Source of the DNA: Octopus bimaculoides
Lineage: Eukaryota
Direction of reading: 5' to 3'
NCBI RefSeq assembly: GCF_001194135.2
Contig: NC_068983.1
Coordinates: forward strand, 155,344,290 to 155,408,248
DNA: 63,959 nucleotides
Shown here: positions 1 to 12,950 of the stretch, piece after piece
Numbering within the stretch: position 1 is the first letter of the stretch
Layout: every line of letters begins with the position of its first letter
Notes under the pieces: generated by a model
Database searches by the model: none
Told to the model about the DNA's origin: nothing
Seen by the model: only the letters and a program-made list of their open reading frames with translations
Program-made: the position numbers and the translations under genes

Positions 1-108
1 TATATATATATATATATGCATGTATGTAGGTACGTGTGTGTGTATGCAAATGTATACATGTATATATGCATACATATATTTATTTACATCGATATATGTA
101 TATAATCT

Positions 109-400
109 TTTATTCTTTTACTTGTTTCAGTCATTTCACTGCGGCCATGCTGGAGCATCGCCTTGTAGGGGTTTTAGTTGAACACCACCACCTGGGGACT
201 TATGTTTTAAGCCTAGTACTTATTCTATCATTCTTTTTGCTGGTCCGCTAAGTTACGGGGACGTAAACACACCAACACTGGTTGTCAAGAGCTTATCTTC
301 GCTTAGACTTTATCTTTTACTTGTTTCAGTCATTAGACTGTGACCATGCTGGGGCATCGCCTTGAAGAATTTTTATCGAACGAATCTACCCCAGTACTTA
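109..400 (-). mobile_element. SINE family C: 3' half (109-289) plus a second 3'-end fragment (312-400)
   Basis: Reverse complement of the C 3' region (cagcatggccgcagt...gactgaaacaagtaaaag) also seen at 48140-48200 and 52650-52708. Confidence 0.85.
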
Positions 401-1721
401 TAGGATCCTTTCTGTTTGGTGAGAATTTTAATTTTTGGTGTATTGAAGTAATTTACCACGCTGAATCTCAGGGGCTAATTCACTTTTCTCAGGTCTTTTT
501 TTAATGTTACGAAGGTTTACAGTCAGATAATTTTTACCCAGTCAGAAAACAGGATTTCGAAGCTGTCATTTTGTGCGTGACTGCACATGTTCTAATCAGT
601 AAACAATTGGAATATTGGCAGAATTCTGCTTTGCAAACGCCATACAACCCCTCATAATTTTTTAATGTTTTGGAATTTTCAGAAAAGCTTTACAAATTTG
701 TATTCTGCGTACGGGAATTCATACGATTACGCAAAACATTTTTTGGTGCGAGATTTAAGACCTATCTAGCTATTATTTTTAGCACATTTCACGACTACCT
801 TATACCTTATGCGTTTTAAGCATATAATAAGCGAAAAATGATCATGTGGGAAAGCAGCTTGGAAACAGTAAGGCTTGTTACTATGGAAATAGACACCTAT
901 ATGTCTGTGGCTTTAGATTGACTAGAATTACCATTAATTTGCGATTAATTAAAGTTAACTAACAATTTATTGATTTATGGCGAAAAAGGAATTTCAAGTC
1001 TATGATTACCATACAAAACTACATCAATCCACCAAATATGAAATCAATTGGAACAGTAATTGAAGAAATTGAAAAGTGGCAGTCAAATAGAAAAGATACT
1101 ATTTATATTTTAAGCGTGGATTTTTATTCTGTCGGTGTCTTTTGCCGAACTGTTAAGTTAAGGGAACGTAAACACAGGCACACATGCATATACATACATA
1201 CATACATACATGCAATCACACACAAACACATACACACAAATATATATATATATATATANNNNNNNNNNNNNNNNNNNNNNNNNNNNNNNNNNNNNNNNNN
1301 NNNNNNNNNNNNNNNNNNNNNNNNNNNNNNNNNNNNNNNNNNNNNNNNNNNNNNNNNNNNNNNNNNNNNNNNNNNNNNNNNNNNNNNNNNNNNNNNNNNN
1401 NNNNNNNNNNNNNNNNNNNNNNNNNNNNNNNNNNNNNNNNNNNNNNNNNNNNNNNNNNNNNNNNNNNNNNNNNNNNNNNNNNNNNNNNNNNNNNNNNNNN
1501 NNNNNNNNNNNNNNNNNNNNNNNNNNNNNNNNNNNNNNNNNNNNNNNNNNNNNNNNNNNNNNNNNNNNNNNNNNNNNNNNNNNNNNNNNNNNNNNNNNNN
1601 NNNNNNNNNNNNNNNNNNNNNNNNNNNNNNNNNNNNNNNNNNNNNNNNNNNNNNNNNNNNNNNNNNNNNNNNNNNNNNNNNNNNNNNNNNNNNNNNNNNN
1701 NNNNNNNNNNNNNNNNNNNNN

Positions 1722-1761
<40 letters not shown>

Positions 1762-1802
1762 CACACACATACATATATACATACATGCGCACACTCACAC
1801 AC

Positions 1803-1964
1803 TACAGACACCTTTCAGCTTCTGTCTACCAAATTGACTCACAAGACTTTGGCCGACCTGAGGCTATTGTAGAAGACACTTACCCAAGGTGCCACGCAGA
1901 AGGACTGAACCTGGAACAATGTGGTTGGGAAAGAAACTTCTTACCGCTCAGCCACGCCTTCGCC
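1803..1964 (-). mobile_element. SINE family C, 5' (tRNA-derived) half
   Basis: Reverse-complement match to the head at 24179-24340 (A box TGGCTGTGTGG, B box GGTTCAGTCC). Confidence 0.85.
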
Positions 1965-2784
1965 AATGAGTGTATATAATTTGTGTGTGTATATATATAT
2001 ATATACGTGTGTGTGTGAGAGAGAGAGAGAATGTTTGTGTGTAAGTGTATTTATGTATGTACTTCTGCGTATATAAATTCCGTATACGCTTGTATTACGA
2101 TTAAATACATTTTACTTTTCCAGTAATCTCTTCCTCCTGTGCTCCTACTCTGTCTTTCTATCTGTCTATCACTCACCTAGTGTTTTCTATTTGCCTTCCT
2201 AAATATATAATTGCGTGTGTGTGTGTGCGTGCGTGCGCATTCAAATACAAAGAGGAAGGAAGAAAGAAAAGCAAAAGAGAGAGGGAGAGAGAGAGGAAAG
2301 AAAACTCATAAACGATTAAAATGAACTTTTTGACATTTAGATGGCAATAAGGGACAAAGGTCACTTTACACAACCCACCTTATCTGTCTTTTATCACCAA
2401 CAGCCACCCAATCTGCAACCACGCAAGCAATTTTTGGTCATTTAACAATTCTTTATGGTTTTCTGCCCCTTTTTTCCTTTCTTTTTCCCCGAAATTGGAA
2501 ATGGTAAGCAGAGAATTATTTATAGCAATGGGAATGAATTATGCATGAATGTTGATTGATGAATTATGGTGACCAAGAAATAAAATACCGAAAGATACAT
2601 TAACAGAAATAAAGCCAGCAAAAACGAAATAATTTGTGATTCGTTGCTAGAATCAGCAAAAACGGCAAGCAGTGGGAAATACTGTGATATTAAAGTCCTT
2701 CCACTTGGGTTCGATTCTCATTGAAATTCTTTAACGATGAATAATGTAACAGTCGATTATTTGCTCCATTCTAATTGCCCAGAG

Positions 2785-3202
2785 TGGAGGCGCAATGGCC
2801 CAGTGGTTAGGGCAGCGGACTCGCGGTCATAGGATCGCGGTTTCGATTCCCAGACCTGGCGTTGTGAGTGTTTATTTGAGCGAAAACACCTAAAGCNNNN
2901 NNNNNNNNNNNNNNNNNNNNNNNNNNNNNNNNNNNNNNNNNNNNNNNNNNNNNNNNNNNGAACCCTGCTGTACTCCTTCACCACAACTTTCTCTCACTCT
3001 TACTTCCTATTTCTGTTGTGCCTGTAATTCAAAGTGTCAACCTTGTCACACTGTATCACGCTGAATATCCCCGAGAACTACGTTAAGGGTACACGTGTCT
3101 GTGGAGTGTTCAGCCACTTGCATGTTAAGTTCACGCGCAGGCTGTTCCGTTGATCGGATCAACTGGAACCCTCGACGTCGTAAGCGACGGAGTGCCAACA
3201 AC
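2785..3202 (+). mobile_element. SINE family A, near full length (internal N gap)
   Basis: tRNA-like head with A box TGGCCCAGTGG and B box GGTTTCGATTCC; 3' end gtaagcgacggagtgccaacaac; other copies at 4408, 39516 and 57828. Confidence 0.92.
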
Positions 3203-3880
3203 GTACAGAACCTCCTGAAAAAAATGGCAACCGCTTATTTTTTTATGACGCAGTGGAATTTGAACTCAAAACGCACAGAGACGGAACAGATAAGACAATA
3301 CTTCCGGTCCACTGCTCTAACAATTCCATCTGTTCACTGCCCTGGGTTAGACCCCCACCCTCCGTTTCTTTTTATAGGTCTCGAAAGAGTGACTGACAAA
3401 ATTGACAGCGACAGAATCTGAAATCAGAGCTTCGAGTCGGAATAAATATAGAGATGCCTTCAAGTAAGAACTCTTTAACTCTGCCAATTTGTCTCCTATT
3501 GCTGATAGCAACTTTATTCCTGTACAACGGACAAAATAAATACCAGTAATATGCTGATGTAAACACAACCGTCCATATGACTACATGATTTATCAATGCT
3601 CTTTCTTTCGTCACATATCCTGTGAAGTTACATTTTATAGTGGTTGTGGCGATGCTTCTCACTAAGATTACGGCAATCGTGATCAAGAAAAATGATATTG
3701 TTGAATTTCTGTTATTTTCAATATTTATGTAATTAATATTGTTTTGTTGCCACATATATAATACTAATTGCAATACTCGAGTTTAACAATAATTCACATA
3801 AAATAACAATCATATGAATTCACTATATTTTGGATAACTGACTATTCATTCAGACTGACATTTTTCAGTAAATCTTAGAA

Positions 3881-4045
3881 TATTTTATTTTCTACTCTAG
3901 GCACAAGGCCCCAAATTTTTGGGGAGGAGGCCAGTCGATTAGATCGACTCCAGTACGCAACTGGTACTTAATTTATCGACCCCGAAAGGATGAAAGGTAA
4001 AGTCGACTTCGGCGGAATTTGAAATCAGAACGCAGACAGACGAAA
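3881..4045 (-). mobile_element. SINE family B, 5'-truncated
   Basis: Core gtcgactttacctttcatcctttcggggtcgataaattaagtaccag on the minus strand, plus the ccttgtgcct tail. Confidence 0.9.
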
Positions 4046-4407
4046 GTAAATCTGAGAATTTTGATTCACCCAAGTATAACCATTTTTTTTTTACCTTTGT
4101 ACAGTGTAAGAGGGTGTGTGTGCCATTATAGCCTACAAAGCCTCTCCTTGAAAATATTTGTCTCTTGTGCAAAATTTCATCCATCAAGATAAAAAAAGAA
4201 AAGAAAAATATTGCTTACCATTTGGAGCATGGAAGACCTGTAGCTAAATGGTTAATGTTGCACTCGCATCGCATGTTCATGATCACGACTCCCCAACCGG
4301 GAAGTGCGCTACGTTCTTAAGTAAAACATTTCATTTCACATTGCTACAGTCCTTTCGACCATAAATGAGATACCATGCGACAGACTAGTGTCCTGCTCAA
4401 GAGGAAT

Positions 4408-4793
4408 GTTGTTGTTAGCACTCCGTCGCTTACGACGTCGAGGGTTCCAGTTGATCCGATCAACGGAACAGCCTGCTCGTGAAATTAACGTGTAAGTGGC
4501 TGAGCACTCCGCGGACACGTGTACCCTTAACGTAGTTCTCGCGGAGATTCAGCGTGACACAGTGTGACAAGGTTGACCCTTTGAATTACAGGTACAACAG
4601 AAACAGGAAATAAGAGTGAGAGAAAGTTGTGGTGAAAGAGTACAGCAGGGTTCGTCACCATCCCCTGCCGGAGCCTCGTGGAGCTTTAGATGTTTTCGCT
4701 CAATAAACACTCACAACGCCCGGTCTGGGAATCGAAACCGCGATCCTATGACCACGAGTCCGCTGCCCTAACCACTGGGCCATTGCGCCTCCA
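4408..4793 (-). mobile_element. SINE family A, full length
   Basis: Reverse complement of the 2785 and 39516 copies from head to (AAC)n tail. Confidence 0.95.
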
Positions 4794-4875
4794 CTATCTC
4801 GGGCACCTATAAGCTATGGAAACCGAGTAACTGGCCTATGAGTGCTAAGACTTAAGACAGTAATTACTTACTTGT

Positions 4876-4877
<2 letters not shown>

Positions 4878-4970
<93 letters not shown>
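4878..4970. repeat. (CA)n microsatellite
   Basis: Perfect dinucleotide run. Confidence 0.99.
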
Positions 4971-4972
<2 letters not shown>

Positions 4973-5906
4973 ACCATTTTATATATTGAAATAGTGACTC
5001 GAAAATTTTCATTTATCTGATGTTATCCATGCAATTAGTAGACAGGAACTCCCCCTAGTGATGCTTAAAACCTAAAACAAATAACTTGGAACGATAGCCC
5101 CAATGTTATTAGCCAATCGAAATCTTTGGAAAATGACGGAGATGAGAGACCTTGTAGACTATAAGTATTTTGGATGCAAAATATTACCTTGTGGTATTTC
5201 CCTTCAGACTTATGGTAAGTTGTAGTTTGTGAGGATTGATAATGTAGATGTTAGCGTTGTTTTTTTAGCTCCGGGCCAGCCCTTAATCGAGAAATCCTAT
5301 GATGAACGCATTCCAGTATTGGCCATTTCGATTGTTTTTTTTTTTTTCGTAGGAATGCATGAAATAATGTGTTTTTTCTACAACGATAATGTATAATTTG
5401 AGTAATATCTTGGCAGTTATTTCGAGCGATCGTGAAGAGAATCCTTCGTTGGCTTGTAGTTGATAAGAGTGAATGAGACAATGGTGAAAGAGCTGTGGTG
5501 GTTTAATGTATGCGTGTGTGTGTAGAAATAAATTGATGTAATTAGAAAGATTTATTGTTTTCTGTTATCCCTAAATGCTGAACCCATGATAAAATTACAT
5601 GTATTCGAAAGGGGGAAACACCCCTAATCAATTAAATTAATAACACTTGGTTCTAACGTAATCGTGTAGCAAAGGGCCTTTTAGGTGTGTAAAAATAGTA
5701 GGGTGTGACATCGTAAATTTCCCATTCGAAATGAACTGTCAAATAGGAAAGAAAAAAAGATAGAAATCCAGATGAAAAAACAAAAAAAAAAAACTTAAAA
5801 TTGATTTAGTACTGACCTTTGAGAGTTAAAGTTGAAGTGTTACAGAAGGAACCTATATGTGGTTGCTGGATGTATAAAAAAAAATAGCCAAATTATTCAT
5901 GAACTG

Positions 5907-6127
5907 AATATTGGCTTCAAATTTTGGTACAAGGCCAGCAATTTCGAAGGAGGGGTAAGACGTTTACATCGACGCTCAGTGCTCAACTGGTACTTATTTT
6001 ATCGACCCTGAAAGGATGAAAGGCAAAATCAACCTCGGGTGAATTTGAACTTGGAGCGTAAAGATCAACGAAATGCAGCAAAGCATTTTGCCCGACCTGC
6101 TTACGATTCTGGTAGATCACCGTCTTA
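5907..6127 (-). mobile_element. SINE family B, diverged full length
   Basis: B core and head on the minus strand. Confidence 0.85.
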
Positions 6128-6396
6128 TGCATGAAGTAAATATTATTTTGTTAAATGGTTCGAGATAGGGATAATGTAATTATGGATATACGACTTCTGA
6201 AAAAATATTTTAAATATGATGGTCATGGCAGAACAAAGTCTACTCAGTATTGGAGTGATTTCTGTCTAAACAACAACGGCGAGAGCTTCACTCGTTATAA
6301 GTAAGTCACATACGCTTCAAATCACACTCTAGCGTCTTTACCCTCTCTGACCTGAGCCCCTGTGTCAAACTTTACCCTCCATCTGGACCTCTGCGC

Positions 6397-6434
<38 letters not shown>

Positions 6435-6435
<1 letters not shown>

Positions 6436-6790
6436 CCTTTCTGCTAAAGGCACAAGGCTCTGGATCTGGTCGTGGTTCCTCAGGGAAACCGGCTAAAAGC
6501 TTCTCAGTGGCAGGGACGTTTGGCCTTCCCACATAGTGTGGGAAATTCCTCTGAATATCTTTGTAAACTCTGAGGGGTAGCCGAATTAGCATTAAGTGAT
6601 CCGGAAACCTAAGGGTGCTGGTGTTGTAAATTGTACCCTCTCTCTCAATCTTCTTGTTTCGGGCTATGAGAGCCATCAAAGTTTCGTTGGCTCTCCTTAC
6701 TAACACGTAATTGGGTGTTTCTGTATTGGTTGCAGTAAACTTTCTTTTGGTGTAAGCTTTCTTTCCTGACAATCTTATGGTATTCTTTCT
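6435..6790 (-). pseudogene. Unassigned GC-enriched open frame, possibly a retroelement ORF1/gag fragment, fused to a B-SINE tail
   Basis: About 110 stop-free, non-repetitive codons (SGKKAYTKRK...FPHYVGRPNVP); the low-coordinate end joins cctttctgctaaaggcacaaggc (B tail) and (AAT)n; no diagnostic motif. Confidence 0.3.
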
Positions 6791-7872
6791 GGAAACATTC
6801 GGGATTTTTTAAATAGTTAAAATTTTGAGTATGAAAAAATTATGTCGACAGTGATATAATGGTGTAAAAAATAATTTACATCGTTATATTTAACTTTAAA
6901 ACTCTCAGGATTGAACCAGCCAAGCTTCATCCAGTCAGAGTTTTATAGTATTTTGATAGATGTTTATGGATGTGTGCGTGCGTGTGAATGTGTCTATTAA
7001 ATTTCGCTCACAAGGTATTGGTTATCTCGAGGTTACAGAGCAATTCTGACTTAAGTAAAAATACACGCATGCACACGCATATATGCATGTGCTTAAACCC
7101 TCGAGAAGAATTCTTTATTAGCTGCCCACATGCATATAAATTCACACAAGTCCATTACAAATTCTGCCTACACTAGGACAATACTTGCCTTGAAGTTAAC
7201 TCTTACTCTAGCGTGCACTCAGCACTCTCCGATCAACATAATCTAGACACTAGTTGGAATACATTTTCACTTCCAGTCCTGCTCAGAGATACGCATGAAT
7301 TTCTGTTCTACTAACATCCTCTATGAAGCCAAAATACATTCGCTATCGCACAAACCACCAATTTCCTCACAGATCCATCCACACATATACGTTTACGTAT
7401 AAAACCATTACGAGCAAGACGTTTCTCAAATAAATTTACGTAACTTTATAATAAACAGTATGCTACATCTGAAATTAAGATTTAGCACTACCGGCTCTCA
7501 TAGATAACTTTTATACGCATAATACATCGTCGACTTAAGGGACATAACTTGGCTAACAAAAATGTGTATTACAACTTCTTGCCCATTTCACTCATTTCCT
7601 AATATATATATATATATATATATATATTGTTCTTTTACATCTTTCACAAGTGACCATACTTATGCCTAACGGTGTATAGATTCTTTTGTATTCTATACGA
7701 AGTGCTAATAACTGCCTTCCATAAAGCTTAAGCAGCACGTTTGTATATCTTCAGAACAGTATAAAGATCACCTGCAAGTCTACAAGAATTGATCTGTGTC
7801 TGCTTGTTAAATGTTCAGTCGATAACAAAGGCATACATGGATACATACAAATATACTTCGATACATACATAT

Positions 7873-8232
7873 ATAGCTGTGTGGTAAGAAACTTGCTTCC
7901 CAACCGCATGGTATGGGTTCGGTCCACTAAACTTGCACCTTGGGTAAGTAAAATATTCTACGGCCCCTGACCGACAAAAGCCTTGTGGATGGATTTTGTA
8001 GATAAACTGAATGAAGCTGGTTGTGTGTGTGTGTGTGTGTGTGTACATACATGTATATATACACCTCTCGGTTTGTTTATGTTCTCGAAACTTAGCGGTT
8101 CGGTAAAAGTTACCGATAGAACAAGTACCAGATTTTTAAATGAGCACAGGAATCGATGTGTTCGACTAAATCCTTTAAGGTAGTTAGTGCCCAAGCATAG
8201 CCACAGTCCGTTGGCTGAGACAAATAAAAGAT
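7873..8232 (+). mobile_element. SINE family C, diverged full length with internal (TG/TA) tract
   Basis: Head gctgtgtggtaagaaacttgc, core ccttgggtaag, 3' cccaagcatagccacagtc. Confidence 0.85.
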
Positions 8233-8244
8233 GGAAGGAGAATA

Positions 8245-8367
8245 TATTGCCCACTGGGGGTTAAACACAGAGAGGGCAAACAAGGACAGACAAAGGGTTT
8301 AAGTCGATTACATCGACCCCAGTGCGTAACTGGTACTTATTTAATCGACCCCGAAAGGATGAAAGGC
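8245..8367 (-). mobile_element. SINE B2 (B core with alternative tail), fragment
   Basis: Tail acaaacaaggacagacaaa shared with the copies at 22679 and 39231. Confidence 0.8.
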
Positions 8368-8856
8368 TGAGTCTTCTTTTTCTACGCAGCTATATATATA
8401 TAACAAGATGTATGTGTGTATGTGTGTGCTGTAAACCCATTATGGTCAATTGGTTAAGAAGCTCTTTCCTTAACCGTGAGGTTTTGGGTTCGATCTCACA
8501 ACATGGCATCTCCCACGAATTTCACATTCTATACCTCAGGTTGACCTATACCTCGTGAATAAAATTGGGTGGACTGAAACTGTAAAGAAGCCCTTCGGAT
8601 GATTTTTACTTGAACTTTAAAATATATAGTTTTGCCACATACTGTATCGTGCATATTCTACTTTATTATGTTAAGTATACACGTTTCTGTGGTGCGAGTA
8701 ATCCAGTCTATCGAACAATTGCATCTTCTTCGTCTAACGACGAAGATCCTCCCAACCATAATATATAACGAAGTGATTGACTGAACCTCTAGTTTTAGAG
8801 AAGTAGGCGACATTTTGAACTGAAAAAAATTATAATTTTAAATTTATACCAGAGAC

Positions 8857-9896
8857 AAGGGCGGTGAACTAGCAAGATCGTTAGAACTCCGGGGAAAATT
8901 GGTTAAGAAATTGGTTTAGCGTCATTTCGTTTGTCTTTACGTTCTGAGTTCAAATTCCACCGAGGTCGTTTTTGCATTTCATCCTTGCGGGTTCGAACTA
9001 GGGTCGATCTAATGGACTTACCCCACCCCCTACCCGAACTTACTGACCTTGTGCCAATATTTGAAACCAATTTATACTAGTCACAGTCTTGTTACTTCTC
9101 CTATTATTATTGTTGTCATAATTAAGGCGGCGAGCTGGCAGAATCGTTAGCATGTTGGACGAAATGCTTAGCGGAACTTCGCCCGTCGCTACGTTCTGAG
9201 TTCAAATTTCGCCGAGGTCGACTTTGCCTTTCATCCTTTCGGGATCGATAAATTAAGTACCAGTTGCTTAATCCCCCAAATTTCAGGCCATGTGCCTTTG
9301 ATAGAAAGGATCATTACTGCTGCTATTACTGTTCAACCCCAGGTCAGTTCTGATCCAGGAGACTTACGATTAAAAGTGCTCCAGCCTTTAATATTATTCG
9401 TTTTTCAAACCTATCATAATTAGATTAAACAGCTCCCGTTTTAACCCCCGTCATGCCGTATTCCCCCTATAGCAAGGATAGGTTAAATGCCATCTCAGCC
9501 GGATTCCAGGTAAAGCGGTAAAGAACAACACATGTAGAAAAAGAAGACGCAGCCAATTCTATTCATTAGTTTGCCTGCAACCGTTATTCTCGAGTTGTAT
9601 ATGCAACTATTTATTATAATAATAATAATGATAATAATAATAATAAGCAGAAGAAGAAGAAGAAGAAGAAGAAGGTGGTGAGCTGGCAGAGTCGTTAGCA
9701 CGCTGGGCGAAATGCTTAGCGGTAATTCGCCCGTCTCTACGTTCTGGGTTCAAATTCCGCCGAGGTCGGCTTTGCCTTTCATCTTTTCGGTGTCGCTAAA
9801 TTAAGTACTAGTGAAATACTGGAGTCGATATAATCAACTAGTCCCTCCCAAAAAATTACAGACCTTGTGCCTTTAATAGAGAGGATTATTATTATT
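8857..9896 (+). mobile_element. Three B-family SINEs (8857-9071, 9124-9315, 9672-9896)
   Basis: Each has the head aaggcggcgagctggcagaa, B box gagttcaaattcc and tail ccttgtgcc. Confidence 0.9.
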
Positions 9897-9948
9897 GTTG
9901 TTGTTGTTGTTGTTGTTGGTATTATTATTATTATTATTATTATTATTA

Positions 9949-10385
9949 AGTGAGAGAGCAGTGCATGCCATTAAAGTGATACTGGGGTAAAATATACGAA
10001 GCCCATTATACCCATCATGACTACATGCATCACAGCCATGTGTGCGGGACATGGAAATCTCAGATCAAGATAAACAGCGCATGACCTCGCAGGTGGGGCC
10101 CAGATAGAATCTTAGGGCCGAGTAGCCCATCCCACTCAAAAGGTCCCTGAATAAAGTTTGTTTAAGGATGCTGAGCAAAACACTCATGTTTCCAAAGGTG
10201 AATTATTCAGACCCCAAAGGATTCCTCTCAGCACATGGCTATGGTGCTCCCCTACTACTTCTGCTTGTGATCAGAGATGCACATATCGTCAGCCACCAAG
10301 GGACATGCTCAACTGGTTAAGGTCAAACAACTGACAAGCAAATCTGTGGTATTAAGCAGAATATTTGCTGTAGCCCATCTTTAGC
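9949..10385. mobile_element. Unclassified interspersed-repeat-like segment abutting (TTA)n
   Basis: GC-enriched non-coding block starting right after an (ATT)n run; possibly the UTR of a TAA-associated LINE (inference). Confidence 0.45.
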
Positions 10386-10475
10386 AGAATATAGAAATAT
10401 ATATATATATATATATATATATATNNNNNNNNNNNNNNNNNNNNNNNNNNNNNNNNNNNNNNNNNNNNNNNNNNN

Positions 10476-10476
10476 N

Positions 10477-10535
<59 letters not shown>

Positions 10536-10564
10536 AAGAAAGAGAGAGAGAGAGAGAGAGACAG

Positions 10565-10608
<44 letters not shown>
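10476..10608. repeat. (AG)n compound microsatellite
   Basis: Direct reading. Confidence 0.98.
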
Positions 10609-10611
<3 letters not shown>

Positions 10612-11104
10612 TTAAATGCGTAAATTGGTATTTGATAGATTAAGAGTGCAAGTAGGTTAGAGTGAGTAGCAAACAGTACAAAACTAAAAATCTATGAAGG
10701 GTTAGGGAGATAGTAGTGTCCTTGACATAGGCACTCTCTTACACAGGAACATACGGCAGAGGTGAGATAAAATGAGAAAAATGTAAAGCTAACCTGATTA
10801 CGTGATTTTATTCATGTCTTTCTCTCTTTCCCTCTTTCTCTGACGCATATATGAACTTATATACCAGTAAATCCCCGTTCCGCTAAACTACTTTCTCCTT
10901 TCCCTTTTTCATCGTATTTGCAGGGCTTGTTTTCCTTCTCTAAAAGGCGCCATTCCTCACGTTTCCTACCGTCTGATGGTCTTTTAGGTCTTACTCTTTC
11001 AGAATTCCCTTCTTTCTTTTCTATGCATACATACGTACATTAAATATATATATATATATAGAGAGAGAGAGGGAGAGAGAGAGAGAATGCATACATAAGA
11101 TATA

Positions 11105-11148
<44 letters not shown>

Positions 11149-11770
11149 TTACATTCATATAGGTACAATAAATACCTGCACATACAGACTTATATATATA
11201 TGTACACACATATATACACACACATGTACACATATATACACACATTTATACACACAAGCACACATATATATACACACACATATATGCCTGCACACACACA
11301 CACACACACGCATACGTATAATTTTTATACACATACGTTTATCTGTATATTTCCTCTCCACATCTATACCTTCAGACAAACACCTCTCCTCGTAAAACCT
11401 GTCTGCTAGTGTCTCTGCATGGGCTCATATATTTTGCCAGACATGTATCTGTCGACATCCTGTAATCAAGGAGAATAATTAACATTTTTTGTATGAATAT
11501 TTTCTAGAACACTTCACTATATTACATGCGCAGACACACACATACACACACTCACGCGCATACGAGTAATAAACGAAAACGAATTATAATAAAAATATCA
11601 ACGAAAGTAAAAAGAAAAAACAATTGTTAAACATATGCAAAAATGTAGGAAATATTTATTGCTGTTTCAGTCGTTATTGTCGTTTTTTTATTAGGTGAAG
11701 GTTACACAAACAAAAGACATATCATGTGACAATGCTGTGTGGTCGTGAGATTATTGCTGTTATCATTATT

Positions 11771-11935
11771 AGGCGGTGAGCTGGCAGAAACGTTAGCACG
11801 TCGGGCGAAATGCTAGCGGCATTTCGTCCGTCTTCAGTTCAAATTCCGCCGAGGTCGACTTTGCTTATCATCTTTTCGGGGTCGATAAAATAAGTACCAG
11901 TTGATTACTGGACTCGATGTAATCGATTTAACTCC
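11771..11935 (+). mobile_element. SINE B 5' part, split by the Gypsy insertion; remainder at 18189-18280
   Basis: The B sequence stops at aatcgatttaactcc and resumes at 18189 with cctctctccaaaatttcaggccttgtgcc...(ATT)n. Confidence 0.88.
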
Positions 11936-12950
11936 TGTCATATCCTTATAGATAAAAAATACATTGCAACAGTGTAATAGCAATATAATTGAAACAAACG
12001 GTAGCAACTACATGGAGCGTAAGAACAATATTTTAAGAACCAACAATCCAACACGCTAACTCGAAATGTAAATTTAAACTCCAGCTTTGAACTATCAACA
12101 AACGAACCTCACTTACTCAGACTTATATGTAGTGGTCCAGTCCATTCNNNNNNNNNNNNNNNNNNNNNNNNNNNNNNNNNNNNNNNNNNNNNNNNNNNNN
12201 NNNNNNNNNNNNNNNNNNNNNNNNNNNNNNNNNNNNNNNNNNNNNNNNNNNNNNNNNNNNNNNNNNNNNNNNNNNNNNNNNNNNNNNNNNNNNNNNNNNN
12301 NNNNNNNNNNNNNNNNNNNNNNNNNNNNNNNNNNNNNNNNNNNNNNNNNNNNNNNNNNNNNNNNNNNNNNNNNNNNNNNNNNNNNNNNNNNNNNNNNNNN
12401 NNNNNNNNNNNNNNNNNNNNNNNNNNNNNNNNNNNNNNNNNNNNNNNNNNNNNNNNNNNNNNNNNNNNNNNNNNNNNNNNNNNNNNNNNNNNNNNNNNNN
12501 NNNNNNNNNNNNNNNNNNNNNNNNNNNNNNNNNNNNNNNNNNNNNNNNNNNNNNNNNNNNNNNNNNNNNNNNNNNNNNNNNNNNNNNNNNNNNNNNNNNN
12601 NNNNNNNNNNNNNNNNNNNNNNNNNNNNNNNNNNNNNNNNNNNNNNNNNNNNNNNNNNNNNNNNNNNNNNNNNNNNNNNNNNNNNNNNNNNNNNNNNNNN
12701 NNNNNNNNNNNNNNNNNNNNNNNNNNNNNNNNNNNNNNNNNNNNNNNNNNNNNNNNNNNNNNNNNNNNNNNNNNNNNNNNNNNNNNNNNNNNNNNNNNNN
12801 NNNNNNNNNNNNNNNNNNNNNNNNNNNNNNNNNNNNNNNNNNNNNNNNNNNNNNNNNNNNNNNNNNNNNNNNNNNNNNNNNNNNNNNNNNNNNNNNNNNN
12901 NNNNNNNNNNNNNNNNNNNNNNNNNNNNNNNNNNNNNNNNNNNNNNNNNN

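Noticed and set aside
407-873. Possible TIR element (cctttctgttt / aaacagtaagg)
   Set aside because: Only 10 of 11 bp match and there is no TSD, which is insufficient to call.
2785-2860. tRNA-like sequences (also 24190, 32440, 39516, 50685)
   Set aside because: They are SINE heads with A/B boxes that continue into SINE bodies; there are no complete cloverleafs.
3372-3773. 133-aa minus ORF with hydrophobic stretches
   Set aside because: It has a non-ATG start and no recognisable domain, and it conflicts with alternative frames; it could arise by chance.
6896-6955. Hairpin resembling a hammerhead (similar cases at 28700-28750, 35125-35160, 45365-45415, 57615-57635, 59335-59350)
   Set aside because: Each lacks either the GAAA or the CUGANGA core, or a pairing stem, so they are too degenerate to call.
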